Source: an uncultured Alphaproteobacteria bacterium (lineage in GTDB: Bacteria; Pseudomonadota; Alphaproteobacteria; Rhizobiales; Hyphomicrobiaceae). From it: a stretch of 64,000 nucleotides of DNA. The stretch covers positions 1,185 through 65,184 of the forward strand of contig CAWHZB010000001.1 of the NCBI GenBank assembly GCA_963833715.1, in the 5' to 3' direction. Below are positions 41,277-50,264 of this stretch, piece after piece. Numbering within the stretch: the first letter of the stretch is position 1; each line of letters opens with the position of its first letter. The notes beneath the pieces were generated by a model. The model worked only from the letters and a program-made list of their open reading frames with translations. It was not told the DNA's origin and did not search any database. The position numbers were made by a program, and so were the translations under genes.

Positions 41277-41900
41277 TCAGGATTTGGGGAGCAACGTGCG
41301 TGCCCTCACGAGATCTTCGGGCCTGTTGACGTTGAAGAATGGGTCTATCACCACGCCTTCAATCTCGCGCATCGCGAACGGTACCGCAACAGCCTTGAGG
41401 CTGGCCGCGAGGGCATTGACGCTCAGCGCGCCGCTCTGAAGGGCATCGGCGACCGCTTCGCGCGACGTCAACGGCCATATCGCGATAGTCGGATGCCGCC
41501 GGCCGGCTGACGTCGCGATCGCGACTCCGCCTCCACGCTCCGCTTCGAGGCGCTGGATCAAGTCCGGTGCAAGAAATGGAACATCGGTTGAGACCGTCGC
41601 GACTGCAGTACAATCCGGAGCATGACGTTTCGCCCAGTCCAGCGCCGCTAGAATACCGCTGAGCGGGCCGAGCCCCGGAGTTTGCTCATCAGGCACTATT
41701 TCTAGCCCGAAGCTCGCGAAGCGGCTAAGATCGCCATTCGCGTTCAGGATGAGCCGGCCGACCTGCGGGCGAAAGCGCTCGATGACGTGGGACAACACCG
41801 GCCGGCCATCGAGTTCGGAGAAGCCCTTGTCGCCGCCACCGAAGCGGCGCGATTGGCCACCGGCAAGGATGACTCCAAGGATGTGGTTGGGAGACGCCAT
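41277..41900 (-). CDS. mobA: Molybdenum cofactor guanylyltransferase
   Basis: LAGGQSRRFGGGDK, GPLSGI, D.PF, HPT.A.W and FFNVN.PEDL motifs. Confidence 0.95.
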   Translation of the reverse strand: MASPNHILGVILAGGQSRRFGGGDKGFSELDGRPVLSHVIERFRPQVGRLILNANGDLSRFASFGLEIVPDEQTPGLGPLSGILAALDWAKRHAPDCTAVATVSTDVPFLAPDLIQRLEAERGGGVAIATSAGRRHPTIAIWPLTSREAVADALQSGALSVNALAASLKAVAVPFAMREIEGVVIDPFFNVNRPEDLVRARTLLPKS

Positions 41901-42074
41901 GCGTCACGCTTAAGCGGCCTCTCGCAGCGCCGCAAGCCGCTGGCACAGTTGTCAGCCAACGAGTGTCCTTAAGCTACGCAGCCTTCTGGCGCATTGGCCG
42001 CGCTTCGATGGCTTCCAACCGGCCAAGCCGAGATTTATATCCATCGCAACAGCTGGCGGCTGACCGTCGCGACG

Positions 42075-43628
42075 ATGAGCCAGGAGACCTTCAAAGAGAT
42101 GCCAGTTGAAAAATCAGAGGTGCTCACGTCGTTGCGCCGGGTTAAGGGCCCCGATCTCGAAAGCAACATTGTCGATCTCGGTCTCGTCTCCGAAATCTTC
42201 ATCAAGGATGATCGCGTCTACTTCTCGATCACGATACCGGCGTCGCGCGCAGAAGAGCTCGAGCAACTTCGAAAGGCTGCCGAGAAAGTCGTTTCCGAAA
42301 TCAAGGGTGTTGCCGGTGTGAGCGCAGTGTTGACAGCGGAGGCGAGCTCCGGCGCACCGCGGGCTTCAGCCTCGCGAGCCACCATTCCTGAGCATCCACG
42401 TGTGCAGGCAGCACGGGCCAAAGGCGCGACGGGCGACGCCGCAGGGCCGCGTCAGGCCGCAGCGGCCGGAGCGCATGGCGGCACGAGAATGCAGGGCATA
42501 CCGGGCGTCAAGCATGTGATTGCCGTTGCCTCCGGCAAAGGCGGCGTAGGCAAATCGACCGTAGCCGCCAACCTGGCGCTGGGGCTGCAGTCAATCGGAT
42601 TGAAAGTCGGCGTCGTCGATGCCGACATCTACGGACCGTCGCAACCGCGTCTCCTCGGCATTACAGGCAAACCACGCGTGGCGAACGGCAAGGTCATCCA
42701 GCCGCTCGAAGGCTGGGGCCTCAAAGTCATGTCGATGGGTTTTCTTGTCGATGAAGAAACGCCCGTCGTCTGGCGCGGACCGATGGTCGTCTCGGCTCTT
42801 GGTCAGATGCTGCGCGAAACCGATTGGGCGGGCAGCACGGGCGATCTCGACGTCCTCGTGATCGACATGCCGCCAGGTACGGGTGATGTTCAGCTCAGCA
42901 TTTCGCAAAGCGTGCCGCTTTCGGGCGCCGTGATCGTCTCCACGCCACAGGATCTCGCGTTGATCGATGCGCGCAAGGGCATCGCGATGTTCAAGCGCGT
43001 CGAGGTCCCGATCCTCGGCATCGTCGAGAACATGAGCTACTTCCTCTGCCCTAAGTGTGGCGAGCGGTCCGATGTCTTCGGCCACGGCGGCGCGCGTGAA
43101 GAGGCGAGGAAGCTCGGCGTCCCGTTCCTTGGCGAAGTGCCGCTTCACATGGACATCCGCGAAACGTCCGATAGCGGTAAGCCGGTCACCGTCGCGGCGT
43201 CCGATGGCGCCCATGCCGGGATTTTCCGTGAGCTCGCAGCCCGCGCCTGGACTGAAGTTGAGCGCGCCAAGGGGACGCTGACGCCGCCGCCGGTTCTCGA
43301 CCTCACGGACGGGGGCAAGGTTTTGAAGGCCGCCTTTCCAGACGGCCGCACATTCGAGTTGCCAGCCGAATTCCTGCGCGTCGTGAGCCCGTCGGCTGAA
43401 GTCCAGGGCCACTCGGCCTCGCAACGCATCACCGTACCGCGCAAGAAGCACGTCAAGATCACGGGGATGACGCCGGTCGGAAATTACGCGACGCGGCTCG
43501 CCTTCGACGACGGTCACAACACCGGTCTCTATACGTGGGGCTATCTGCATCTCCTCGGTCGCGAGAAGGACAGCCGCTGGGGCAAATATCTCGAGGAGCT
43601 GGCCGCCAAAGGTCTCACGCGGGAATAG
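42075..43628 (+). CDS. mrp: Mrp/ApbC/NBP35 Fe-S carrier ATPase with N-terminal DUF59-like and C-terminal DUF971 domains
   Basis: N-terminal GPDL..NIVDLGLV, SGKGGVGKST, DADIYGPS, D.PPGTGD and ENMSYFLCPKC. The C-terminus (AEFLRV.SPSAEVQGH...PVGNYA.RL.FDDGH.TG.YTW.YL) is DUF971. The start may be 42099. Confidence 0.92.
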   Translation: MSQETFKEMPVEKSEVLTSLRRVKGPDLESNIVDLGLVSEIFIKDDRVYFSITIPASRAEELEQLRKAAEKVVSEIKGVAGVSAVLTAEASSGAPRASASRATIPEHPRVQAARAKGATGDAAGPRQAAAAGAHGGTRMQGIPGVKHVIAVASGKGGVGKSTVAANLALGLQSIGLKVGVVDADIYGPSQPRLLGITGKPRVANGKVIQPLEGWGLKVMSMGFLVDEETPVVWRGPMVVSALGQMLRETDWAGSTGDLDVLVIDMPPGTGDVQLSISQSVPLSGAVIVSTPQDLALIDARKGIAMFKRVEVPILGIVENMSYFLCPKCGERSDVFGHGGAREEARKLGVPFLGEVPLHMDIRETSDSGKPVTVAASDGAHAGIFRELAARAWTEVERAKGTLTPPPVLDLTDGGKVLKAAFPDGRTFELPAEFLRVVSPSAEVQGHSASQRITVPRKKHVKITGMTPVGNYATRLAFDDGHNTGLYTWGYLHLLGREKDSRWGKYLEELAAKGLTRE

Positions 43629-43681
43629 CAATCAATCGCTGGCGCGCGACGCAAAGTCGGGCATGAGCGAATATTGCGTCC

Positions 43682-43710
43682 TTGACAGGCAACCAAAAGG
43701 TTGCATATTA
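43682..43710 (+). promoter_or_regulatory. Promoter with palindromic operator for the ArsR-SRPBCC pair
   Basis: TTGACA-N17-ATATTA; the spacer contains the perfect inverted repeat GCAACC-AAAA-GGTTGC (43689-43704). Confidence 0.75.
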
Positions 43711-43716
43711 GTTTTC

Positions 43717-44043
43717 ATGAGCACCGATGCGGTTTTCAAGGCACTCGCCGATCCGGTGCGCCGGCAGCTCCTCGACAGGCTGCACGCTCGCAGCGGACAG
43801 ACATTGAGCGAGCTTTGCAAAGGGCAAGACATGACTCGTCAGGCGGTGACGAAGCATCTCGGTATTCTGGAAGAGGCAAACCTCGTCGCCACACGGAAGG
43901 AAGGCCGGGAAAAGCTGCATTTCCTCAATCCCGTGCCAATTTTCGAGATCGCCGATCGATGGATCGAGAAATTCGAACGATCGCGGTTGCGTGCGTTGGA
44001 TGAGCTTAAGAAAAATCTGGAAGGGAAGCGTGATGGCAAATGA
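43717..44043 (+). CDS. ArsR/SmtB-family transcriptional regulator
   Basis: VFKALADPVRRQLLDRL, MTRQAVTKHL.ILEEANLV, GREKLH.LNP motifs. Confidence 0.93.
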   Translation: MSTDAVFKALADPVRRQLLDRLHARSGQTLSELCKGQDMTRQAVTKHLGILEEANLVATRKEGREKLHFLNPVPIFEIADRWIEKFERSRLRALDELKKNLEGKRDGK

Positions 44044-44429
44044 TGGTTTCGTATACGTCACCTATATCCGCACAACTCCGGAGAAACTCTGGGACGCGCT
44101 GCTGAAGTCGGAATTCACGCGCCTCTACTGGTTTGGTGTGACGCAAGAGAGCGAGTGGAAGAAGGGCGCATCGTGGAAAATTGTTCTCTCCGATGGCCGG
44201 GTCGCCGACGCCGGTGAGATCCTCGAGATCGATAAGCCGCGGCGCCTTGGGATCAAGTGGAGAAACGAATTCCGGCCGGACCTTAAGGCGGAAGGCTATT
44301 CTCAGTGCACGATTGAGATTGAGCCGCATCGAGGCGGTTTCCGGCGGCTGGCCGAAAATCCTATCGAGCTTAAAGAGCATGCTGGAAACTGGCAGGGCGC
44401 TTGAAGAAGTTGCGGCGGCAGGGTCATAA
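44033..44429 (+). pseudogene. SRPBCC/AHA1-like protein with internal deletion and frameshift (~44325)
   Basis: FVYVTYIRTTPEKLWDAL...CTIEIEP, then the C-terminal IEAVSGGWPKILSSLKSMLETG appears in another frame. The intervening VKLT.TH strand is absent. Confidence 0.8.
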
Positions 44430-44459
44430 GGTCCGAGTTATCAAGCCCTGCCGTCAAGC

Positions 44460-45473
44460 TCAGTTCCGCTCTTCCGGCACGAGCGTGAACTCGAGCTTCT
44501 CGCCGCCGCGCAGAACGTGAGCCGTTACCTTCTGGTTGATGCGCTTGGCGTCGAGAATCCGCGACACGTCGTCGACACCCGCAACAGGCGCCCCGTCAAG
44601 CGATATGAGGATATCGGCCGCAATCATGCCAGCGGTCTCCGCGGGTCCCTTCTGCTGAACGCTGCGCACGCCGATAGCCCCGGGCTGGGTCAGTCCGAAC
44701 TTGTGCCTCAGACTCTGCGGCAGCACCACATGCTCGGCAACGATGCCGATCACGCCGCGGCGAACGCGGCCGTGCCCCAGGATTTGCGTCAGCACGTACT
44801 CAGCCGTGTTCGAGGCGACCGCGAAGCACAGACCCTGCGCACCCATGATGGTTGCCGTGTTGATGCCGATCACATGGCCGCCGGAATTCACGAGCGGGCC
44901 GCCCGAGTTGCCGGGATTGAGAGCGGCGTCGGTTTGGATGACATCGTCGATCAGACGGCCATTCTCGGCTCTGAGCGATCGGCCGACGGCGCTGATGATG
45001 CCCGCCGTGACAGACGACTGGAAGCCGAGCGGATTGCCGATCGCGATAGCGATCTGCCCGGGTCGCAGCTTCTTCGAGTTGGCGAGATGCGCATAGTTCA
45101 AGCGCTCCGAGGTTTCGGCGCGCAGCACCGCAAGATCGGTATCTGGGTCTTTGCCGACGAGGCGCGCACCAAAGCGCTGGCCATCGCCCTGCGAAAGGCT
45201 GATCGACTGCGAGCCGTCAATGACGTGGTTGTTGGTGAGCACGAGCCCGTCGGGCGATACGATGACGCCGCTACCCGATCCTTGTCCGATTCGGCCGCCG
45301 CGTGCACTCCGCACCTGGACGTGCACGACCGCCGGTGAAACCGCCTCGACGACGTCGACGACGGCCCGGCTGTAGGCATCCATCAGGCGCGAGTCATCGC
45401 GCGCATCCGGGTTCGGCACGGCGCCGGCGGTTGCACGGACGCTCTCGCCTTGAAGTAGGGCAATGTTGATCAT
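44460..45473 (-). CDS. S1C (HtrA/DegS-like) serine protease, trypsin plus one PDZ
   Basis: GSGSG, TNNHV (His), DLAVL (Asp), QTDAALNPGNSGGPL (Ser) and a PDZ domain; no signal peptide or TM evident. Confidence 0.92.
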   Translation of the reverse strand: MINIALLQGESVRATAGAVPNPDARDDSRLMDAYSRAVVDVVEAVSPAVVHVQVRSARGGRIGQGSGSGVIVSPDGLVLTNNHVIDGSQSISLSQGDGQRFGARLVGKDPDTDLAVLRAETSERLNYAHLANSKKLRPGQIAIAIGNPLGFQSSVTAGIISAVGRSLRAENGRLIDDVIQTDAALNPGNSGGPLVNSGGHVIGINTATIMGAQGLCFAVASNTAEYVLTQILGHGRVRRGVIGIVAEHVVLPQSLRHKFGLTQPGAIGVRSVQQKGPAETAGMIAADILISLDGAPVAGVDDVSRILDAKRINQKVTAHVLRGGEKLEFTLVPEERN

Positions 45474-45692
45474 GGGAAACGCTCAAAAAATACGTTCTAT
45501 GTTGATGCTAAATGGCAATAGCCGCAAGGCATCAAGTCTTGCCGGGAGCCCGGACGCGCGGCGCTACCGCATAGCAGACCGGCATTTCGCCCAAGCATCG
45601 CGGCCAGCTTTTGGCAGCGTACCGCGCCCGTCGCGCCGCGACGGTCCTAACGGAAACGCGAATTGGAAATGCGCGGGCCGAGTATTGGCCGC

Positions 45693-47636
45693 CTATTCGG
45701 CGGCCTGTTGCTCGATGATCGCGTGCGCTTCCTCGGGCCGCTCATAAATATGTGGCTTCAGACCGCGCTTCTTCAATGCTTCCTGCATTTTCTTCCGCAT
45801 GAACGTGCTCGTCGTATAGCGTGTCGTCGTCGCGTAGTAATGCTTGGTCAAGTACTCGATCAGGCGGGCATACTCGTCGTAGAGATCGTCTGCGAGCCGG
45901 AAGCCGTCGTGATTGACGACAGAATTCACGCGCCTGCCGGCTTTGGTGCAGACGTCGACGAGCACATTCTGCAGATCTGTAATGTCGCTCTTCTTGCGTA
46001 CGCTCCAGCCTTCGAGGTTCAAGAACAGGATGTTGCGCTGCGCGTCGTAGCTGACGCGCTCAGAGAGCTTGAGGTTCAGCAGATCGGAAAGCAGCTCCAT
46101 CGGCTCGTCGATGAAGATGCGCCGGTCCATTGGCACCGGCTTGTTGATGATCGGTTTGAAATCCATGTGCGCAAGAATATCGCGCGCGATATCGATGCCA
46201 GGTGCCACTTCGATGAGTTCGAGGCCGCCGGGTGTCAGTTGGAACACGCAGCGCTCCGTCACATAAATGACGGGCTGATTGCGGCTCTGCGCATAGTGAC
46301 CGCTGAACGTCACCTGCTCGACTTTCTTGACGAACTTGCGCGACCGGCCTTCGCGGACGATCTTCAATTCACCGTTCTCTACAGCGACTTCGAGACCACC
46401 GACGGTGAATGTACCGGCGTAGACGACGGCGCGGGCGTTCTGGCTAATGTTGATGAAACCGCCGCAGCCATTGAGACGTCCGCCGAAGCGGCTCGTGTTG
46501 ACATTGCCTTCCTCGTCGCATTCGGCCATGCCGAGGCACGTCATGTCGAGGCCGCCGCCGTCGTAGAAATCGAACATCTGGTTTTGATCGATGACCGAGT
46601 GGGCATTGGCCGACGAGCCGAAGCTCGAACCGCCGGCGAGCACACCGCCAACGGCGCCGGCTTCCGTCGTCATCGTGATGTAAGGCGTGACCTTCTCTTC
46701 GTTCGCCACGGCCGCAACTCCGTCGGGAGCCCCAACGCCGAGGTTGATGACGCCGTTCGGCGGAAGTTCGAAGGCAGCGCGGCGCGCAATGATCTTGCGC
46801 GCATCGAGCGCCATTTTCGGCATATTCTCGACCGGAATGCGAACCTCGCCGGCTAATGCCGGGTCGTACATCACGCCGTAGTTCATGCGGTGATGCTCGG
46901 GCTCGCTAGCCACCACGACGCAATCGACGAGGACGCCCGGAATTTTCACGTCCTTTGGTGGAATGGATCCCTCGGCTACGATGCGCTCGACCTGCGCAAT
47001 AACGATGCCGCCGTTGTTGTGGGCGGCCATCGCCTGCGCCAGGTTATCGAGCAGCAGGGATTCACGCTCCATGCTGACGTTGCCGAACGGGTCGGCGCTC
47101 GTGCCGCGGATGAACGCGACGTTGATCGGCGTCGCCTTGTAGAACAGCCACTCCTCGCCTTCGACTTCGACGAGCTTGACGATGTCGTCCGTCGTGACGT
47201 CGTTGACCTTGCCGCCGCCAAATCGCGGATCGACGTACGTGTGGAGGCCGACCTTGGAAAAGAGGCCGGGCTGACCTGATGCACAGGCGCGATAGAGCTG
47301 GGAAATGACCCCTTGGGGCAGATTGTAGCCGAGGATCTTGTTGGCTTGCGCCGCCGCGGCGACTTTCGGCATGCGTCCGAAGTTGGCGGCGATGACGCGG
47401 TTCAAGAGCCCTTCATGATGCAGGCGGCCGGTGCCAAGACCTTTGCTGTCTCCGGCGCCGGCGCACATGATGAGCGTCAGGTTGCGCGGCGCGCCTGTTT
47501 CGACGTAGCGCTTCTCCAGCGCGGCGTGCAGAGCTTCCGGAATACAACTCTGGACAAACCCGGTCGTCGTGACGACATCACCTTCACCGATGAGCGCGAT
47601 CGCTTCGTCGGCTGAAATGACCTTGTTCGTGAGCAT
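45693..47636 (-). CDS. Acyl-CoA:acetate/3-ketoacid CoA-transferase (Pct/YdiF-like fused family I) with extra C-terminal domain
   Basis: PQGVISQL.R, GL.T.VDPR, NLGVG.P, catalytic TEAG and FYDGGGLD...G.GGFINISQ motifs; ~130 aa C-terminal extension. Confidence 0.9.
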   Translation of the reverse strand: MLTNKVISADEAIALIGEGDVVTTTGFVQSCIPEALHAALEKRYVETGAPRNLTLIMCAGAGDSKGLGTGRLHHEGLLNRVIAANFGRMPKVAAAAQANKILGYNLPQGVISQLYRACASGQPGLFSKVGLHTYVDPRFGGGKVNDVTTDDIVKLVEVEGEEWLFYKATPINVAFIRGTSADPFGNVSMERESLLLDNLAQAMAAHNNGGIVIAQVERIVAEGSIPPKDVKIPGVLVDCVVVASEPEHHRMNYGVMYDPALAGEVRIPVENMPKMALDARKIIARRAAFELPPNGVINLGVGAPDGVAAVANEEKVTPYITMTTEAGAVGGVLAGGSSFGSSANAHSVIDQNQMFDFYDGGGLDMTCLGMAECDEEGNVNTSRFGGRLNGCGGFINISQNARAVVYAGTFTVGGLEVAVENGELKIVREGRSRKFVKKVEQVTFSGHYAQSRNQPVIYVTERCVFQLTPGGLELIEVAPGIDIARDILAHMDFKPIINKPVPMDRRIFIDEPMELLSDLLNLKLSERVSYDAQRNILFLNLEGWSVRKKSDITDLQNVLVDVCTKAGRRVNSVVNHDGFRLADDLYDEYARLIEYLTKHYYATTTRYTTSTFMRKKMQEALKKRGLKPHIYERPEEAHAIIEQQAAE

Positions 47637-47896
47637 CTTTGGCGTCCCCGAGTAGCCCGCTCTCAACTTCGCCGGACCCGGCAGAATTCGGACGGTTCTT
47701 GTTTTGTGATGTCGGAGATCAGGTTGCCGGTCAGCCGACCTCAGGGCAATAGCTTAGCACGGGTGTCATTGCCCCACTCGATTGGGTAAATGCATCCTAT
47801 CCGATGCCGTAACTTTTGCCGCACCCCAGTTCTTCGGAAAGCGCACGCCGGAACGCTGGGGTTTGCGAGCCCTATACGTGCTAGACACCCCCGGAA

Positions 47897-49342
47897 ATGA
47901 ACGAACTGCTGCGCCGCAACCTCATCCCGCTGATCGTCGCCACGGCTCTCTTCATGGAGAACCTCGACGCGACGGTGCTTGCCACGTCTTTGCCGGCGAT
48001 CGCTAAGGATATTGGCGCCAACCCGATTAACCTAAAGCTCGCGCTGACCACTTATCTTCTGGCGCTTGCTATTTTCATCCCGGCGTCTGGCTGGATGGCC
48101 GACCGGTTCGGCGCCAAGAACATATTTCGCGCTGCGATGGTCGTCTTTGCGGCGGGCTCGATTGCCTGCGCGCTGTCGACAGGCCTCGGATCGCTGGTCG
48201 CTGCCCGCGTCCTGCAGGGCATGGGCGGAGCAATGATGACGCCGGTCGGCCGGCTGATCGTGCTCCGCACCGTACCGAGAACCGAAATCATCGGCGCAAT
48301 TGCCTGGCTGTCGATACCGGCGCTGGTCGGGCCAGTGCTCGGGCCGCCGCTCGGCGGCTTCATCACCACCTACTTCAATTGGCGCTGGATCTTCTGGATC
48401 AACATTCCGGTTGCCCTCGCAGGTATCGCGCTCATCACGCGCTACATCCCGGACGTGCGTGAGGAAGCGCCGAAAGGCTTCGATCTCAGAGGCTTTTTGA
48501 TGATCGGTCCGGGACTGTCGATGTTCCTTACCGGCGTCACGCTGTTGGGGCTGGGTTTGGTGACGCAGGAGACGGTCGTTGCCGTAATATTTGCGGGCGC
48601 TGCCTTGCTCGCAGCCTACGTCTGGCATGCGCTGCGCACTCCTGAGCCCATCATCGATCTGAAGCTGCTCGCGATTCCGACGTTCCGCGCCGGTGTCGTC
48701 GGCGGCTTCCTGTTCCGCACCGGACTCGGAGCCGGGCCCTTTCTGCTTCCGCTACTATTTCAGGCGGGGTTCGGCATGACGGCGTTTCAATCAGGCATGC
48801 TGACGTTTGCAACGGGTGTCGGTTCGCTGTTCATGAAAACGCAGGTTTCGACGATCCTGCGCAGTTATGGATTCCGCCGGGTTTTGGTCTTCAACGCGCT
48901 CATCGCGGCGCTGTTCGCCGTGGCACCGGCACTGTTTACCGCGGCAACGTCGCCGCTGCTGATTATTGGTTTGTTTCTGGCCGGTGGTTTGTCGCGCTCG
49001 CTGCAGTTCACCAGCATCAATACGCTGGCTTATGCCGACGTGCCGATGGAACGGCTGAGCCGCGCGACGAGCTTTGCGGCAGTCGGTCAGAACTTGGCGG
49101 GCTCGGTCGGCGTCACGATCGCGGCGCTCGGCCTCGAGGCCGCCGAAAGGACAATGGGCGGCGGAAGTCTTGCACTCACGCATTTTCCGCCGGTGTTCAT
49201 TCTTGTCGCGGCTATCTCGGCATCATCGGTATTGCTGTTCATGCAACTTCCAAACTCGGCCGGCGCCTCGCTTCTGCCGACGGACGCGATAAAGCCTGAG
49301 CCTGCCAAAGACGTGGCGCGCGTCGGCGAAGGTGAACTCTAG
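47897..49342 (+). CDS. DHA2-family MFS efflux transporter (14 TM)
   Basis: FMENLDATVLATSLP, GWMADRFG, RVLQGMGGAMMTPVGR, GP.LGPPLGG and WRWIFWINIP motifs. Confidence 0.93.
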   Translation: MNELLRRNLIPLIVATALFMENLDATVLATSLPAIAKDIGANPINLKLALTTYLLALAIFIPASGWMADRFGAKNIFRAAMVVFAAGSIACALSTGLGSLVAARVLQGMGGAMMTPVGRLIVLRTVPRTEIIGAIAWLSIPALVGPVLGPPLGGFITTYFNWRWIFWINIPVALAGIALITRYIPDVREEAPKGFDLRGFLMIGPGLSMFLTGVTLLGLGLVTQETVVAVIFAGAALLAAYVWHALRTPEPIIDLKLLAIPTFRAGVVGGFLFRTGLGAGPFLLPLLFQAGFGMTAFQSGMLTFATGVGSLFMKTQVSTILRSYGFRRVLVFNALIAALFAVAPALFTAATSPLLIIGLFLAGGLSRSLQFTSINTLAYADVPMERLSRATSFAAVGQNLAGSVGVTIAALGLEAAERTMGGGSLALTHFPPVFILVAAISASSVLLFMQLPNSAGASLLPTDAIKPEPAKDVARVGEGEL

Positions 49343-49427
49343 GGCATCCAGGCATGCGAAAAGCCGCGGCCGGGGAAATCCCGATCGCGGCATCTGTTCC
49401 TGGCCGTAAAAAAGTGCAAGCAGCCGT

Positions 49428-49979
49428 TTAGGCCGCTTTCGCCTGTGCCTTCTGGCGCTGAGCCTTTCGCGGTGCTCTTGGCACCACGCGTAGGGCCGGC
49501 ACGGTTAGGTCGGAGACCGTGCGTTTGCGCCGAATAATGGCCTCGCGCGCCTCGAAGGCGTTGGCGAGAGCCATCAGCGCCACCTCGGGCTTCAGCCCTG
49601 CACATCCGCGCGCGTCGACGGCCGCGAAGCCGGTACGCGAGCATGCTTGCAACGACAAGTGCCCTGAGCCCAGAACCGCGACGCCCGACACGCCGCCACC
49701 GGCGACGCGATCGAGGTGGAGACTCTTGAGCTTCAAGCCGAGGGTTTCGACGGCGCGTCTCGTCGCGCGCTCGGCCGACTTGACGTCGTCGAGGTGCTTG
49801 GCGCCGTGGAGATCAATAAAGATCGTAGTCCCTGCAGTACTTGTACTTTGCTCGACCGGACTCGTTACCGGGTCCTGAACTTCCGCGCTGAACTCAGCAC
49901 GCGAGTGATCTTCCTTTTGGGCGGTGCTTGAACGAGTTAAGTCCATCCCCAATTGGAAGAGGGTGTCATTAAAGGCCAT
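49428..49979 (-). CDS. S-adenosylmethionine decarboxylase (SpeD/SpeH-type) homologue lacking the self-cleavage Ser
   Basis: Fold-level pattern G..I.IDL.G...LDD, GGVSGVAVL, H.S, G.AA.D..C. The conserved E-S-H reads S-G-H. The ORF is intact, with a GGGGAGG SD. Confidence 0.75.
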   Translation of the reverse strand: MAFNDTLFQLGMDLTRSSTAQKEDHSRAEFSAEVQDPVTSPVEQSTSTAGTTIFIDLHGAKHLDDVKSAERATRRAVETLGLKLKSLHLDRVAGGGVSGVAVLGSGHLSLQACSRTGFAAVDARGCAGLKPEVALMALANAFEAREAIIRRKRTVSDLTVPALRVVPRAPRKAQRQKAQAKAA

Positions 49980-50264
49980 ATGACCCTCCCCAACCAGCAG
50001 ATAGGTTTGACTCGCCCGCTCCTTACCTCATTGGTTCTGGAAAACCTCGACCATGTTGGCAGGTGGACAGACGAGAAAGGTGCATATGAGGCCAAGGCCC
50101 TTCTCGCGCAAGATTTTTTTTTGCCCTCAGCGCCATTTTTTTTCGTCGCGACTTTACCGCGACTTAATGGAACTATTTTTGCTGCGTGACGAGCGCGTCA
50201 TGCGCGGCGAGCCGGAGGGCGTTTGAAGGCGCGCAGAACGCCGTAGGCGATTACGAAACCGCCG

